DNA from: Vicinamibacteria bacterium
GTDB lineage: Bacteria; Acidobacteriota; Vicinamibacteria; Fen-336
Length of the DNA: 64,000 bases
Reading direction: 5' to 3'
Assembly: GCA_016934575.1 (NCBI GenBank)
Contig: JAFGSN010000121.1
Coordinates: forward strand, 37,309 to 101,308
The translations under genes and the position numbers were made by a program. A model generated the notes under the pieces. It worked only from the letters and a program-made list of their open reading frames with translations. It had not been told where the DNA came from and searched no databases. Shown here one piece after another: positions 19,501 to 27,593 of this stretch; the stretch's first letter is position 1, and every line of letters starts with the position of its first letter.

Positions 19501-20065
19501 CGTTGACGCGACGTTGCTCGGGTATTCCGTGATCCATCATTTCGAGAAAAAAGCGTCCCTTGTCGAAGATGTCGCCCAGCTCTCCGGCCACGCGCCAGGC
19601 GTCCTGGTCCTTGCCGTCGCGCAGGAAAGTCGCGATCTCTCCCGCCAGGCATCCGGAGAGGCAGACGATCCCCTCGTTGTGCCGAGCCAGAGCTTCCTTG
19701 TCGATGCGCGGCCGATGATAAAAGCCTTCCAGATAACCGATCGATACGAGCTTGACGAGATTGTGATACCCGGCGTCGTTCATCGCCAGCAGCGTCAGAT
19801 GGTGATAAGCCTCGCGGATGCCGCTGGCCGAGCGATCGTTCCGGCTGCCTTTGGCCGTGTAAGCCTCGCAACCCAGAAGCGGCTTGAGCCCCTTGGCGCG
19901 GCAGGTGTCGTGGAACTCCACGGCGCCGAACATATTGCCGTGGTCGGTGATCGCCAGAGCCGGCATTCCCAGGCGTACGGCCTGGTCGACGAGCTTGTCG
20001 ATGTGGCATGCTCCGTCAAGCAAGCTGTACTCCGTGTGCACATGAAGATGGACGAATTCAGGCAT
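16541..20065 (-). CDS. dnaE: DNA polymerase III alpha subunit
   Basis: 1174 aa with an N-terminal PHP domain (FVHLHVHTEYSLLDGA), polymerase core motifs and an OB fold. A 7-nt gap separates it from accA. Confidence 0.92.
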   Translation of the reverse strand: MPEFVHLHVHTEYSLLDGACHIDKLVDQAVRLGMPALAITDHGNMFGAVEFHDTCRAKGLKPLLGCEAYTAKGSRNDRSASGIREAYHHLTLLAMNDAGYHNLVKLVSIGYLEGFYHRPRIDKEALARHNEGIVCLSGCLAGEIATFLRDGKDQDAWRVAGELGDIFDKGRFFLEMMDHGIPEQRRVNEGLLRIRDRTGLPIVATNDAHYISRDDHLAHDVLLCIGLGKKRDDADRPRFGAPQFYLKSAEEMAQAFPDGAEALKNTLGVAEMCDFTLRAVETLPDFAVPPGHTVESYFERVTREGFEGRRHALAELCARARLRYPLSVYEERLEKEIAVIRRVGFAGYFLIVWDFIRFARERGVPVGPGRGSAAGSLVAYCLQITDIDPIENDLIFERFLNEERISPPDIDIDFCENRRAEVIEYVTRKYGRENVAQIITFGTMKARAVVRDVGRVLDMSYGDVDKIAKMIPHDLGITLDKALEESPPLIEAYNKDPRVKDLIDISRKLEGTTRHASTHAAGVVIAPRPLADVVPLFKGNTGDVTTQYDMKGVERIGLLKMDFLGLRTLTLIHDCVRMIAEQTGARVDMQEIPLDDGKTYELFSKGQTSGLFQFESDGMRDILRRFKPDRLEHLTALNALYRPGPMQMIEDFIRRRHGATKVSYETPSLEPILSGTYGVMVYQEQVMQIASTLAGFSMGEADILRKAMGKKKVEVMAAQREKFLSGCAARGVAERKARKIWDLMEQFAGYGFNKSHSAAYALLAYQTGYLKANYPMHFMAALLTSERANTDKMVAYIGECRGMGIRVLPPDVNESEMYFTVRGDDIRFGLSAIKNVGEGAVQAVIEARRSRAFRSLYDLCERVDSKAVNRRAIESFIKSGCFDSLDARRAALLTVVDRAIEAGQRTQRDREHGQTSLFGSIEPSPETPVDFAAIPDAPEWSDSERLSYEKETLGFFITGHPLERHRDDLALLTTTSSVRLREAGNPSEVSIGGIVTGLRLIKTKKGDRMATFSLEDMDGGIEVLVFPETFKKVAGRLAEDRIMVVKGKAEVPDDGKARILASDALTLDEAKMADARYVTIRFAGDDWARSKGERLRDILEAHPGDCPVAIELVRTGAFIVALNTGATFRVRPSAAFQDAIEGLLGPGALNLTLNGGGGRGGNGRAPAPVAREGE

Positions 20066-20319
20066 GATCGTTTTGTCGACTCCCGCGCCGAGTCATTGAA
20101 CGACGCGGAGGCCGGAGTCGATGATTATACCGCGCTCGGCGATCATCGCGACCCGGCGTTTCTCTCTCAACGACTCGCATTCCGGATCGTCATCGCTCGG
20201 CGCCGTCGTTTGTAGTCGCTCTCGGTTTGATGAATCATCTGGCGTCATGACGCGTGAAACCGGCCGGCGGCGGCCCAATGGCATGAACGGCCGCGACCTG
20301 TGATGATCATCCCTCCGCC

Positions 20320-22437
20320 ATGCGATCCTCCCGCCGCGAGCGACTGATCGCCGTCATCACCGCATACGCCGTCATCACGATCGCCATGACCTGGCCGGTC
20401 GCCGCGCGTATCGCTCATGATCTTCCCGCCGATCTGGGGGATCCGGTGCTCAACTGCTGGATCCTCGCTTGGGACGCGGACCACATCGTCCGTTTCATTG
20501 GAGGTGAATGGGAGGCTTTTCGCGGCTACTGGAACGCCAATATCTTCCATCCCGAGCCGCTGGCTCTGGCCTACTCGGAGCATCTCACGGCGCAGGCGGT
20601 CCAGATCGCGATTCCGTACGCGCTCACGCGGAACCCCATCCTGTGCCACAACCTGCTTTTCCTCTCGACGTTCTTTCTGTCGGCGCTGGGCGCCTTTTTT
20701 CTCGTGCGCGAGCTTTCGGGCGACGATCGCGCGGCCTCGATCTCCGGGCTGCTCTATGGTTTCGGCCTTTATCGTTTCACGCAGCTACCGCACTTGCAGG
20801 TCCTGTCCGCTCAGTGGATGCCTTTCGTCCTTCTCGGTCTTCGTCTCTTTGTCCGAAAGCGCTCGCGTCTCGCGTTGGCATTTGGGTGCTCGGCCCTGAT
20901 CATGCAGAATCTCTCATGCGGCTATCATCTGATGTATTTCTCCCCTGTCGCCGCGATTTACGTTCTTTTTGAGATGACGATCCAGGGACGACTCCGGGAC
21001 CACCGCGTCTGGACTGATCTGATGATCGCCGGGCTGACGATCATCGCGTTGTCGCTGCCGTTTCTTCTTCCTTACCTCGAGCTTCACGCGCGGAACGGCA
21101 TCGTGCGCCGACTCTGGGAAGTCAAGCTCTTTTCGGCCGACGCCTACTCCTATCTCACGGCCAACTCGTATTCACGACTCTGGGGAGGCGTGATCAGGGC
21201 CTATTCCAAGCCGGAGGGCGCGCTTTTCCCCGGCCTCTCGATCCTGATGCTTGGCGCGCTTGCCGTGCTCGGAGAGCTCATCGAGGCGTTTCGTCATGAG
21301 CGCCGCTCGACGGCCGTCGCGCCGGCGCACGGATTGGTCGATTGGCGATCCGTGATCATCATCACGGCGTGCCTCGTCATGTTTCTTCATGCCGTCGGCG
21401 GTCTCATGATCGCGTTGGGAGCACGCGGCCGTTTTTACGGCATTAATCGGATCGTGCCGTTACGAGACTTCAATTTCAATCTCGCGGCAGTCGTCGTTTC
21501 CGTCATCGTTCTCTGGATGATATCGGAGAATACGCGTCGCATGGCGGCCCGGTTCTTCCGTTCCGGAGTCGGTTTTTCCGTTCTTGCCGCGGCAACGGCC
21601 TTGCTGCTCTCCTTGGGTCCGACAATGCATTCAAGGGGCGTCGCCTTTGGCGGCGGGCCATATGCATGGCTCTATGACTTCGTTCCCGGCTTCGACGGAT
21701 TGCGGGTGCCCGCGCGTTTCGCCTGGGTGTCGTTCCTTTTCCTCGTCATCCTGGCCGGCCATGGCTCGGCACGTTTGATGCGCCGGTTTCCGGGCGGATG
21801 TCGGACGGCCCTGATCACGACGACTCTCGGCTTTCTGATACTCTTCGAATCCTTCGCCGCGCCTCTGCCGATGAATCTGCCCTACTGGACCGGCATACGA
21901 AGAATGCTGCCTCGCCGTCTCGAAACCGGCCCGCATCCCGCGGGCGTCTATCGCGCAGTCGCCGCCCTTCCGGCCGATTCCGTCCTGGCCGAGCTGCCGT
22001 TTGGCGAGGCGGCCAGCGATCTGCGTTACATGTATTCCTCGACGTTCCATTGGCGAAAGCTGCTGAACGGCTTTAGCGGCGCGTTGCCTCCGCGTTATCC
22101 CAAGCTGGCGGCGGATCTGTCGGGCGCTCTACGGGATCCGAACCGCGCCTGGCACGCGCTTGAATGCTCTCCAGCGACGCACGTCGTCGTCCACGAAGGA
22201 TTCTGGGGCATCCGCCGCAAGGGACGGCGTCTCACACGATGGTTGATCGAGAACGGTTGCGTCATCGTCGCGCGCGAGGGAGACGACGCGTTGCTCGCGC
22301 TTCCGCGTCGAAACCCGGCGTTCGCGCCAACAAGACGTCGAACGGCCCTTCCCGTCAATCGTGTGTGGCAGAATGTCGAGGACGAACGGCTGGCGCGCCT
22401 TTTGGCGCTCAACGGATCCTTCGCCTTGATGGAGTAG
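20320..22437 (+). CDS. large polytopic integral membrane protein. It has 12 or more predicted TM segments and a ~170-aa hydrophilic C-terminal domain. It may be a GT-C-fold glycosyltransferase-like protein, but its family is unknown.
   Basis: 705-aa ORF with many hydrophobic helices. An acidic motif (HDLPADLGDP) sits in the first extracytoplasmic loop after TM1, as in GT-C enzymes. The stop lies 5 nt before the downstream methyltransferase gene. Confidence 0.5.
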   Translation: MRSSRRERLIAVITAYAVITIAMTWPVAARIAHDLPADLGDPVLNCWILAWDADHIVRFIGGEWEAFRGYWNANIFHPEPLALAYSEHLTAQAVQIAIPYALTRNPILCHNLLFLSTFFLSALGAFFLVRELSGDDRAASISGLLYGFGLYRFTQLPHLQVLSAQWMPFVLLGLRLFVRKRSRLALAFGCSALIMQNLSCGYHLMYFSPVAAIYVLFEMTIQGRLRDHRVWTDLMIAGLTIIALSLPFLLPYLELHARNGIVRRLWEVKLFSADAYSYLTANSYSRLWGGVIRAYSKPEGALFPGLSILMLGALAVLGELIEAFRHERRSTAVAPAHGLVDWRSVIIITACLVMFLHAVGGLMIALGARGRFYGINRIVPLRDFNFNLAAVVVSVIVLWMISENTRRMAARFFRSGVGFSVLAAATALLLSLGPTMHSRGVAFGGGPYAWLYDFVPGFDGLRVPARFAWVSFLFLVILAGHGSARLMRRFPGGCRTALITTTLGFLILFESFAAPLPMNLPYWTGIRRMLPRRLETGPHPAGVYRAVAALPADSVLAELPFGEAASDLRYMYSSTFHWRKLLNGFSGALPPRYPKLAADLSGALRDPNRAWHALECSPATHVVVHEGFWGIRRKGRRLTRWLIENGCVIVAREGDDALLALPRRNPAFAPTRRRTALPVNRVWQNVEDERLARLLALNGSFALME

Positions 22438-22441
22438 CCCT

Positions 22442-24550
22442 GTGATAAATCTTCGTTTTCTGCGCCGCCTCGTTCGACGAATGATGACGCAAGAAGGCCG
22501 CGATCGCTTGTCGGGGATGGCACGGCGCCTTGTCGACGACAAAAAGCCCGCGTACTCCGAAAGCGAGCTTCTCGCCCGCACCGAGGAGTTCAATCGCGCC
22601 GCCGAGGCTTACTGGAGAAGCATCGCCGCCGATCCGGCCGGCCGGTCACACGCTTTCAACAAGCCGTTCAGCACTGTCAAGGACACCGGCGCCATTCTTT
22701 ACCGATTAGGGCTCGTGCTGAACGAGCTGGATCTCGGAGTGGGTCATATCGTGCTCGATTTCGGCGCCGGAAGCTGTTGGCTCTCCGCATGCCTCAATCG
22801 CCTGCGCTGCCGGACGATTTCCGTCGAAATCAGCGAAACGGCGCTGTCGCTCGGCCGCGAGCTTTTCGCCACGGATTCCCGGCTCACGGCCGATTTCGAA
22901 CCCGTTTTTCTTCCTTATGACGGCCACCGTATCGACCTGCCCCCCGAGTCCGTCGATCGAATCGTATGCTTCGACGCCTTTCACCACGTGCCCAATCAGG
23001 ACGCGGTGCTCGCCGAGCTGTATCGTGTTCTCAGGCCGGGAGGCCGCGCGGTTTTCGCGGAACCCGGGGAAGGGCACGCCCACTCGAATCAATCGCTCTT
23101 CGAGAGCGAGAAAACCGGCGTCCTCGAGAACGATCTCGACATACGCGAAATCGCCGCCAAGGCCCGCAAGGTCGGCTTCAACCGCGTTCTCTTGAAGCCT
23201 TATCCCGATCCGTCGGCGATCACCGTGACGGCCGACGAGTATCAACGGCTGATTGAAGGCTCGCGTAGAATCTACCCGCTGGACGTCTTGCGCGACAATC
23301 TGCGCCACTTTTATCTCTTCGTGCTGACCAAGGGAGAGCCTCGCCACGACAGCCGTAATCCACGACGGCTTCAGTCGACGATCGACGTGAGCGCCGAGTC
23401 GTCCGTCCTGCGCGGGCCGGCGGGCGCGAAGCGGACGTTCCATGCGCGGATCCGCAACACGGGCGACACGCTCTGGCTGCATGCAATCCACCCCGCGGGA
23501 GGATACGTCGGCCTCGGCGGACATCTGCTCGACGACAAACGCGAGGTCCTCGTCAGAGGCTATACGCGCGCATCGCTGCCGCGTGACGTGCCGCCCGGCA
23601 AGTCGGTGGATCTCGACGTGGATGTCGATCTGCCCGAGCATCGCGGCCGTTACACTCTCCAGTTGGACATGGTCGACGAATGGATCGCCTGGTTCGAGCA
23701 GGAAGGATCAAAGACGACGGAGATCGCTCTCGTCGTCGACTCCTATCCTGACAGCCGCGCGCCGCATCGTCTGGCCGCGGCCATCGAGCTGCTCTCGCCG
23801 CCTCCCGGCGCGGCGGTGCGCCCGGGCTCTCCTCTTCGCATCACGCTCCGGCTGCGAAACACCGGCGACACCGCTTGGCTCAATGAACCGTTCGGCGAAT
23901 TCGGCGCAGTCGCCTTGGGCGCCAGCCTGCTCGACGAGCTGGGCGCCGTGCGCTCGCGAGATCTTGCCCGCATGCCGCTTCCGCGCCCCGTCGCTCCGGA
24001 TGAAGCCGTCATGATGGATCTGCGCTTTCCCGCTCCGCCGATCCCCGGGCGCTTTGTCATCAAACTCGATCTCGTCGACGAAGGCGTGTGCTGGTTCGAG
24101 CATCACGGATCACCGACTATCGCGATCGCGGTGCAGACGAATGACGAGGTTCCGGACAGCCTGGCGCCCGGCACGCTTCTGGCGCGCATCGAGCCGACGA
24201 TCGTCGAAAACGCGCTGCAAGCCAAGGCGTCGACCGCTCTATGCTTCCATGCGCATGTCACGAACATCGGCAATACCCTCTGGCTGAGCGCTTTGAAACC
24301 GAGCCGGGGATACGTCGGCCTCGGCGCGCACCTCCGCAACGCCGACTTCGAGACGGTCGAGATGGATTTCTTGCGAGTCATGCTGCCTCGGGACGTTCCG
24401 CCGGGCGAGAGCGTCGACCTCGAATGTCGTTTCACCACCCCTCGAGAACCGGGCCGCTATGTGCTCGAGTTGGACATGGTGAACGAGCACATGTGCTGGT
24501 TCGCCGATCATGGTTCGGCTGTCGTTGGAATCGAGCTAAAAGTAAGCTGA
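22442..24550 (+). CDS. multidomain protein: N-terminal class I SAM-dependent methyltransferase followed by three tandem ~110-aa Ig-like repeat domains of unknown family
   Basis: MTase motif I (VLDFGAGSCW) and post-I/II motifs (VCFDAFHHV, LRPGGRAVFAEP). These are followed by three repeats, each carrying the signature N-[TI]-G-[DN]-T-x-W-L...G...LPR.V.P[GD]...DL...P...GR[YF]V..LD[ML]V.E..CWF..HGS. Confidence 0.55.
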   Translation: MINLRFLRRLVRRMMTQEGRDRLSGMARRLVDDKKPAYSESELLARTEEFNRAAEAYWRSIAADPAGRSHAFNKPFSTVKDTGAILYRLGLVLNELDLGVGHIVLDFGAGSCWLSACLNRLRCRTISVEISETALSLGRELFATDSRLTADFEPVFLPYDGHRIDLPPESVDRIVCFDAFHHVPNQDAVLAELYRVLRPGGRAVFAEPGEGHAHSNQSLFESEKTGVLENDLDIREIAAKARKVGFNRVLLKPYPDPSAITVTADEYQRLIEGSRRIYPLDVLRDNLRHFYLFVLTKGEPRHDSRNPRRLQSTIDVSAESSVLRGPAGAKRTFHARIRNTGDTLWLHAIHPAGGYVGLGGHLLDDKREVLVRGYTRASLPRDVPPGKSVDLDVDVDLPEHRGRYTLQLDMVDEWIAWFEQEGSKTTEIALVVDSYPDSRAPHRLAAAIELLSPPPGAAVRPGSPLRITLRLRNTGDTAWLNEPFGEFGAVALGASLLDELGAVRSRDLARMPLPRPVAPDEAVMMDLRFPAPPIPGRFVIKLDLVDEGVCWFEHHGSPTIAIAVQTNDEVPDSLAPGTLLARIEPTIVENALQAKASTALCFHAHVTNIGNTLWLSALKPSRGYVGLGAHLRNADFETVEMDFLRVMLPRDVPPGESVDLECRFTTPREPGRYVLELDMVNEHMCWFADHGSAVVGIELKVS
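23414..24541 (+). repeat. three in-frame tandem intragenic repeats (~330-400 nt each) encoding the repeated Ig-like domains of the MTase-repeat protein
   Basis: Repeat units at roughly 23414-23737, 23804-24136 and 24215-24541. Repeats 1 and 3 share exact 20-mers (for example gggatacgtcggcctcggcg) and a parallel cgcaacacgggcgacacgctctggctg-like segment. Confidence 0.6.
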
Positions 24551-24691
24551 ATGAGTCAATTCATCAGTAGCGCGACTCTATTAAGTGAAGCCGAATGAAC
24601 GCCGCCGCTTTGGACTCATTCCTATGCGCCTCAGTGACTTGGCGCCTTCGCGCCCATCATTGACTGGCGACACATCACGCACTTGTCGCTG

Positions 24692-25243
24692 TCAGAGACG
24701 GCGTTTCATGCGCGCGGACGCGCGTCGAACCGCCGGTTTGCTCTCCAGCAGTCGCTCGATCTGGACAAGATGGTTCAGATCGTGCGCCGCCTCCATCGTC
24801 ACGAACTCCGCGACCGTCTGGCGGCCGCGCTTTTCGTGAACGCCGTATGACGACTGCCAGACTTGCCTGGGCACCGCTTTCAACAACGCGAGATTGCTTT
24901 CGCGCAGAACGCGGAAAACCGTCACGGAGCGCCGTGGATCACTCCACGCGTAATTGCACTTCTCCGACCAAAGATGCTCATCCCACCACTGAAGCCGAAC
25001 GCCGGGGGTCGCCAGCATGTTACGAAACCGCCAGCCCATCGCCAATTCGGAGTCGGCCAGATGCGCGAGAATCTCGACGATCGACCACTTTCCCGGCGCC
25101 GGCCGGCGATCGAGCTTTCTGCGGGGAATGCCACGAATCAACCGTTCAAGTCTCGTGGGCGTGGCTTGAAGCAGCCGGATCGGGTCGCGGTCTTTCAAGT
25201 ATCCCAACACCCGTATCCGGTACTCCTCGATGGTTTCAGGCAT
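24692..25243 (-). CDS. DinB/YfiT-like (DinB_2 family) putative metal-dependent hydrolase
   Basis: 183 aa with a four-helix-bundle signature (WSIVEILAHLADSE...HDLNH). It is convergent with the MTase-repeat gene. Confidence 0.6.
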   Translation of the reverse strand: MPETIEEYRIRVLGYLKDRDPIRLLQATPTRLERLIRGIPRRKLDRRPAPGKWSIVEILAHLADSELAMGWRFRNMLATPGVRLQWWDEHLWSEKCNYAWSDPRRSVTVFRVLRESNLALLKAVPRQVWQSSYGVHEKRGRQTVAEFVTMEAAHDLNHLVQIERLLESKPAVRRASARMKRRL

Positions 25244-25395
25244 GCTCTTTCCTCGCGCTTATTCTAACTCTCATTCGAGAAAAGCCCGCCGGCGTTTAAG
25301 ACGTTCTTTCGGCAATTCGAAGCGCGCGCCCGTATCCTCGGCGCGTATTCGTGATAACTTTATGAGAGAAGGACCGCTGGCGGATAGAATCAATC

Positions 25396-25965
25396 ATGTC
25401 AGACAACAGCGCCGAGGCGGAGTTGTTGGTGAGGGCCAGTCGCGGGGATGAGACCGCGTTTCTCGTCATTTATGAGCGTCACTGTCACTCCATTTTTCGC
25501 TTTGCATATCGCTTGCTGGGATCCGTACAACTCGCGGAGGACGTCACGCACGACTGCTTCCTGGCGCTCCTTCGCCGGCCGGAAGGCTATCAAGCGGAAC
25601 GCGCATCCTTGCGGACATACCTCTGCGCGGCGACGCGAAACCTGGCGTTTCGTCTGCTGCGCAAACGCGGCGTCGAGACTCTGGTTGACGATGTCCCCGA
25701 ACCGCCGTCCTCGAATCGCACGCCCGAGCAGCTACGCAATCTTCTTGGCGACGAAATCATCCAGACGGTGCGGCAGGCCGTCGAAGCGCTGCCGCCTCTC
25801 CAGAGAGAAGCGTTGATTCTCTTCGAATACGAGGACCTGAGCCTGGCGGAAATCGCGCAAATCACTGAATCCGACGTCGGAACGGTGAAATCCCGCTTGC
25901 ATCGCGCTCGCCAACGCCTACGCCGCCGACTCGGACCATTATGCGCCCGGCCATCGATGGATTGA
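25396..25965 (+). CDS. RNA polymerase ECF-type sigma-70 factor
   Basis: 189 aa with region 2 (FRFAYRLLGSVQLAEDVTHDCFLALL) and region 4 (LSLAEIAQITESDVGTVKSRLHRARQRLR). Confidence 0.82.
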   Translation: MSDNSAEAELLVRASRGDETAFLVIYERHCHSIFRFAYRLLGSVQLAEDVTHDCFLALLRRPEGYQAERASLRTYLCAATRNLAFRLLRKRGVETLVDDVPEPPSSNRTPEQLRNLLGDEIIQTVRQAVEALPPLQREALILFEYEDLSLAEIAQITESDVGTVKSRLHRARQRLRRRLGPLCARPSMD

Positions 25966-25980
25966 ACGGAGATCAAGGTC

Positions 25981-26418
25981 ATGAAAGACGAGAAAACGAG
26001 AACTGCCGGCGAAAGAGAAGACATGGAGCATGATGATCCCGAGATCCGGCGGCTTCTGCGTCTCTGGGAATCGCCCGCCGTGACGTCGGAACTCAACGCG
26101 CGCGTCAGGGAAAGCTTCCGGCGACAGACCGCCGCGGCGACATACTGGCGGCGGCTCTTCGCGATATCGATACCGGTTCCTCTGCCGGTCGCCGCGCTCG
26201 TTCTGATCATGCTCCTGTTGTCGGCGACGTTCGCCTTGCGCAATCAATCAAAAGCGACGCAAGACGTTTCTCCGCTCGTCGAGGCCAGACTCACGGCGCA
26301 AAGCTCCGCGCCCGACATGAAGAACGACGCCCCCGTGGTGACTCGTACAAGCTTGGCCGGATTCGAGCCCGTGACCGATATGAATGTGGCCGTCGTCCCG
26401 GAGATCAGTATGCGATGA
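25981..26418 (+). CDS. putative single-pass anti-sigma factor
   Basis: 145 aa, 15 nt after the sigma gene. An N-terminal cytoplasmic helix region is followed by one TM helix (ISIPVPLPVAALVLIMLLLSATFAL). The stop overlaps the next gene's start (ATGA). Confidence 0.5.
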   Translation: MKDEKTRTAGEREDMEHDDPEIRRLLRLWESPAVTSELNARVRESFRRQTAAATYWRRLFAISIPVPLPVAALVLIMLLLSATFALRNQSKATQDVSPLVEARLTAQSSAPDMKNDAPVVTRTSLAGFEPVTDMNVAVVPEISMR

Positions 26419-27593
26419 ATCGAGCCCTCCTCTTCTCCGGATTCCTGGGCGCGAGTCTTGCGCAAGGGGCGGCTTTCTGCGCCAGCGGGCATTACGCCTT
26501 TGCCACGCTCGAGAACGGCGCCCATGTCGGTTTCGCGCTTCTCCGGACCGGAACCGCGAGCTCAACCACCATGATGGGGGAAGTCTCTTTGCCGCGCTCG
26601 AACGGCGTGAGCCGCGTCTTGGTGGACGAGAAAAGCCGCACCTACTTCGGTTATCGGCTCGAAGTCGAACTGAAGAATCGATCCGTATTCAAGGTCAGCG
26701 TCCAACCGCTGGCTTCCGACCTGGCGAAGGATCTGCGACGAATGTTCCCGTGCGAAAACTGCCCGCTCCCCAGTCTGCTCGCCCCAATTCCGCGAATTCC
26801 CGCGCCGCGCGTCGTCTCCGACGGAGACGTGTTCACTCTCGATCTGCTCGTGAATCCCAAGACGCAGGAAAAGATCATCGACATCGTCAAGATTTCGAAA
26901 TCTCCCATCAACGTCGAGACGATGAAGGTTTCATCGTCCAAAATCAGCGAGTCATTACGCGCGGTCAAAGACGCGGAGATCCACATGCTGGCCGGCCGAT
27001 ACACGAACGCGGTCAAGGAGTTCAAGAAAGCGTTGGACATCTACTCCGAAGACGCCATCGTTCACAACAAACTCGGCATTTGTCACCAGCGCAGCCAACG
27101 CATCAACGATGCTGAGCGTGCGTTCAAGGAAGCTTTGAAGATCAACCCGGATTATGCCGAGGCGTGGAACAACCTCGGCGCCCTCGATCATGGCCGGGGT
27201 GATTACAAACAAGCAATCAAGCATTATAAAAAGGCGCTTGCCGTCAAGGCCGATTTCGCGACGGCCTACAGGAACATGGGAACCGCGTATTTCGCTCTTC
27301 AACGCTTCGAGGAAGGATACGAAGCGTATCAGACCGCTTATCGCGTCGATCCCACGATCCTCGATGCCACCGCGACGATGCCCGTTGATGGAAGCCGCGA
27401 GTCGATTGCGATGCAATGCTTTTACGTCGCCAAGATCGCTGCGGCGAACGGCCAGACCAAAACGGCGCTTTTCTTCCTGCACAAGGCCGTGGAAGTAGGC
27501 TTCAAGGACTTCAAGCGGCTCAAGCGTGACCCGGACTTCAAGTCGGTCGTCGCGGATCCCCGCTTCAAACAACTCGTCGAGGAATCGAAGTAG
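26415..27593 (+). CDS. secreted TPR-repeat protein. An N-terminal signal peptide and Cys-containing domain are followed by 3-4 C-terminal TPR motifs.
   Basis: Signal peptide MNRALLFSGFLGASLAQGAAFC. TPR consensus residues appear in aa ~200-330 (AEAWNNLGALDHGRGDYKQAIKHYKKALAVKADFATAYRNMGTAYF). GC is lower than in neighbouring genes. Confidence 0.6.
   Translation: MNRALLFSGFLGASLAQGAAFCASGHYAFATLENGAHVGFALLRTGTASSTTMMGEVSLPRSNGVSRVLVDEKSRTYFGYRLEVELKNRSVFKVSVQPLASDLAKDLRRMFPCENCPLPSLLAPIPRIPAPRVVSDGDVFTLDLLVNPKTQEKIIDIVKISKSPINVETMKVSSSKISESLRAVKDAEIHMLAGRYTNAVKEFKKALDIYSEDAIVHNKLGICHQRSQRINDAERAFKEALKINPDYAEAWNNLGALDHGRGDYKQAIKHYKKALAVKADFATAYRNMGTAYFALQRFEEGYEAYQTAYRVDPTILDATATMPVDGSRESIAMQCFYVAKIAAANGQTKTALFFLHKAVEVGFKDFKRLKRDPDFKSVVADPRFKQLVEESK

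Noticed and set aside
17735-20215. Plus-strand ORFs 17735..19120 (461 aa) and 19133..20215 (360 aa)
   Set aside because: They lie entirely antisense within dnaE and show no domain signatures.
22706-23641. Minus-strand 311-aa ORF inside the MTase-repeat gene
   Set aside because: It is antisense to a gene with clear MTase motifs and an in-frame repeat structure.
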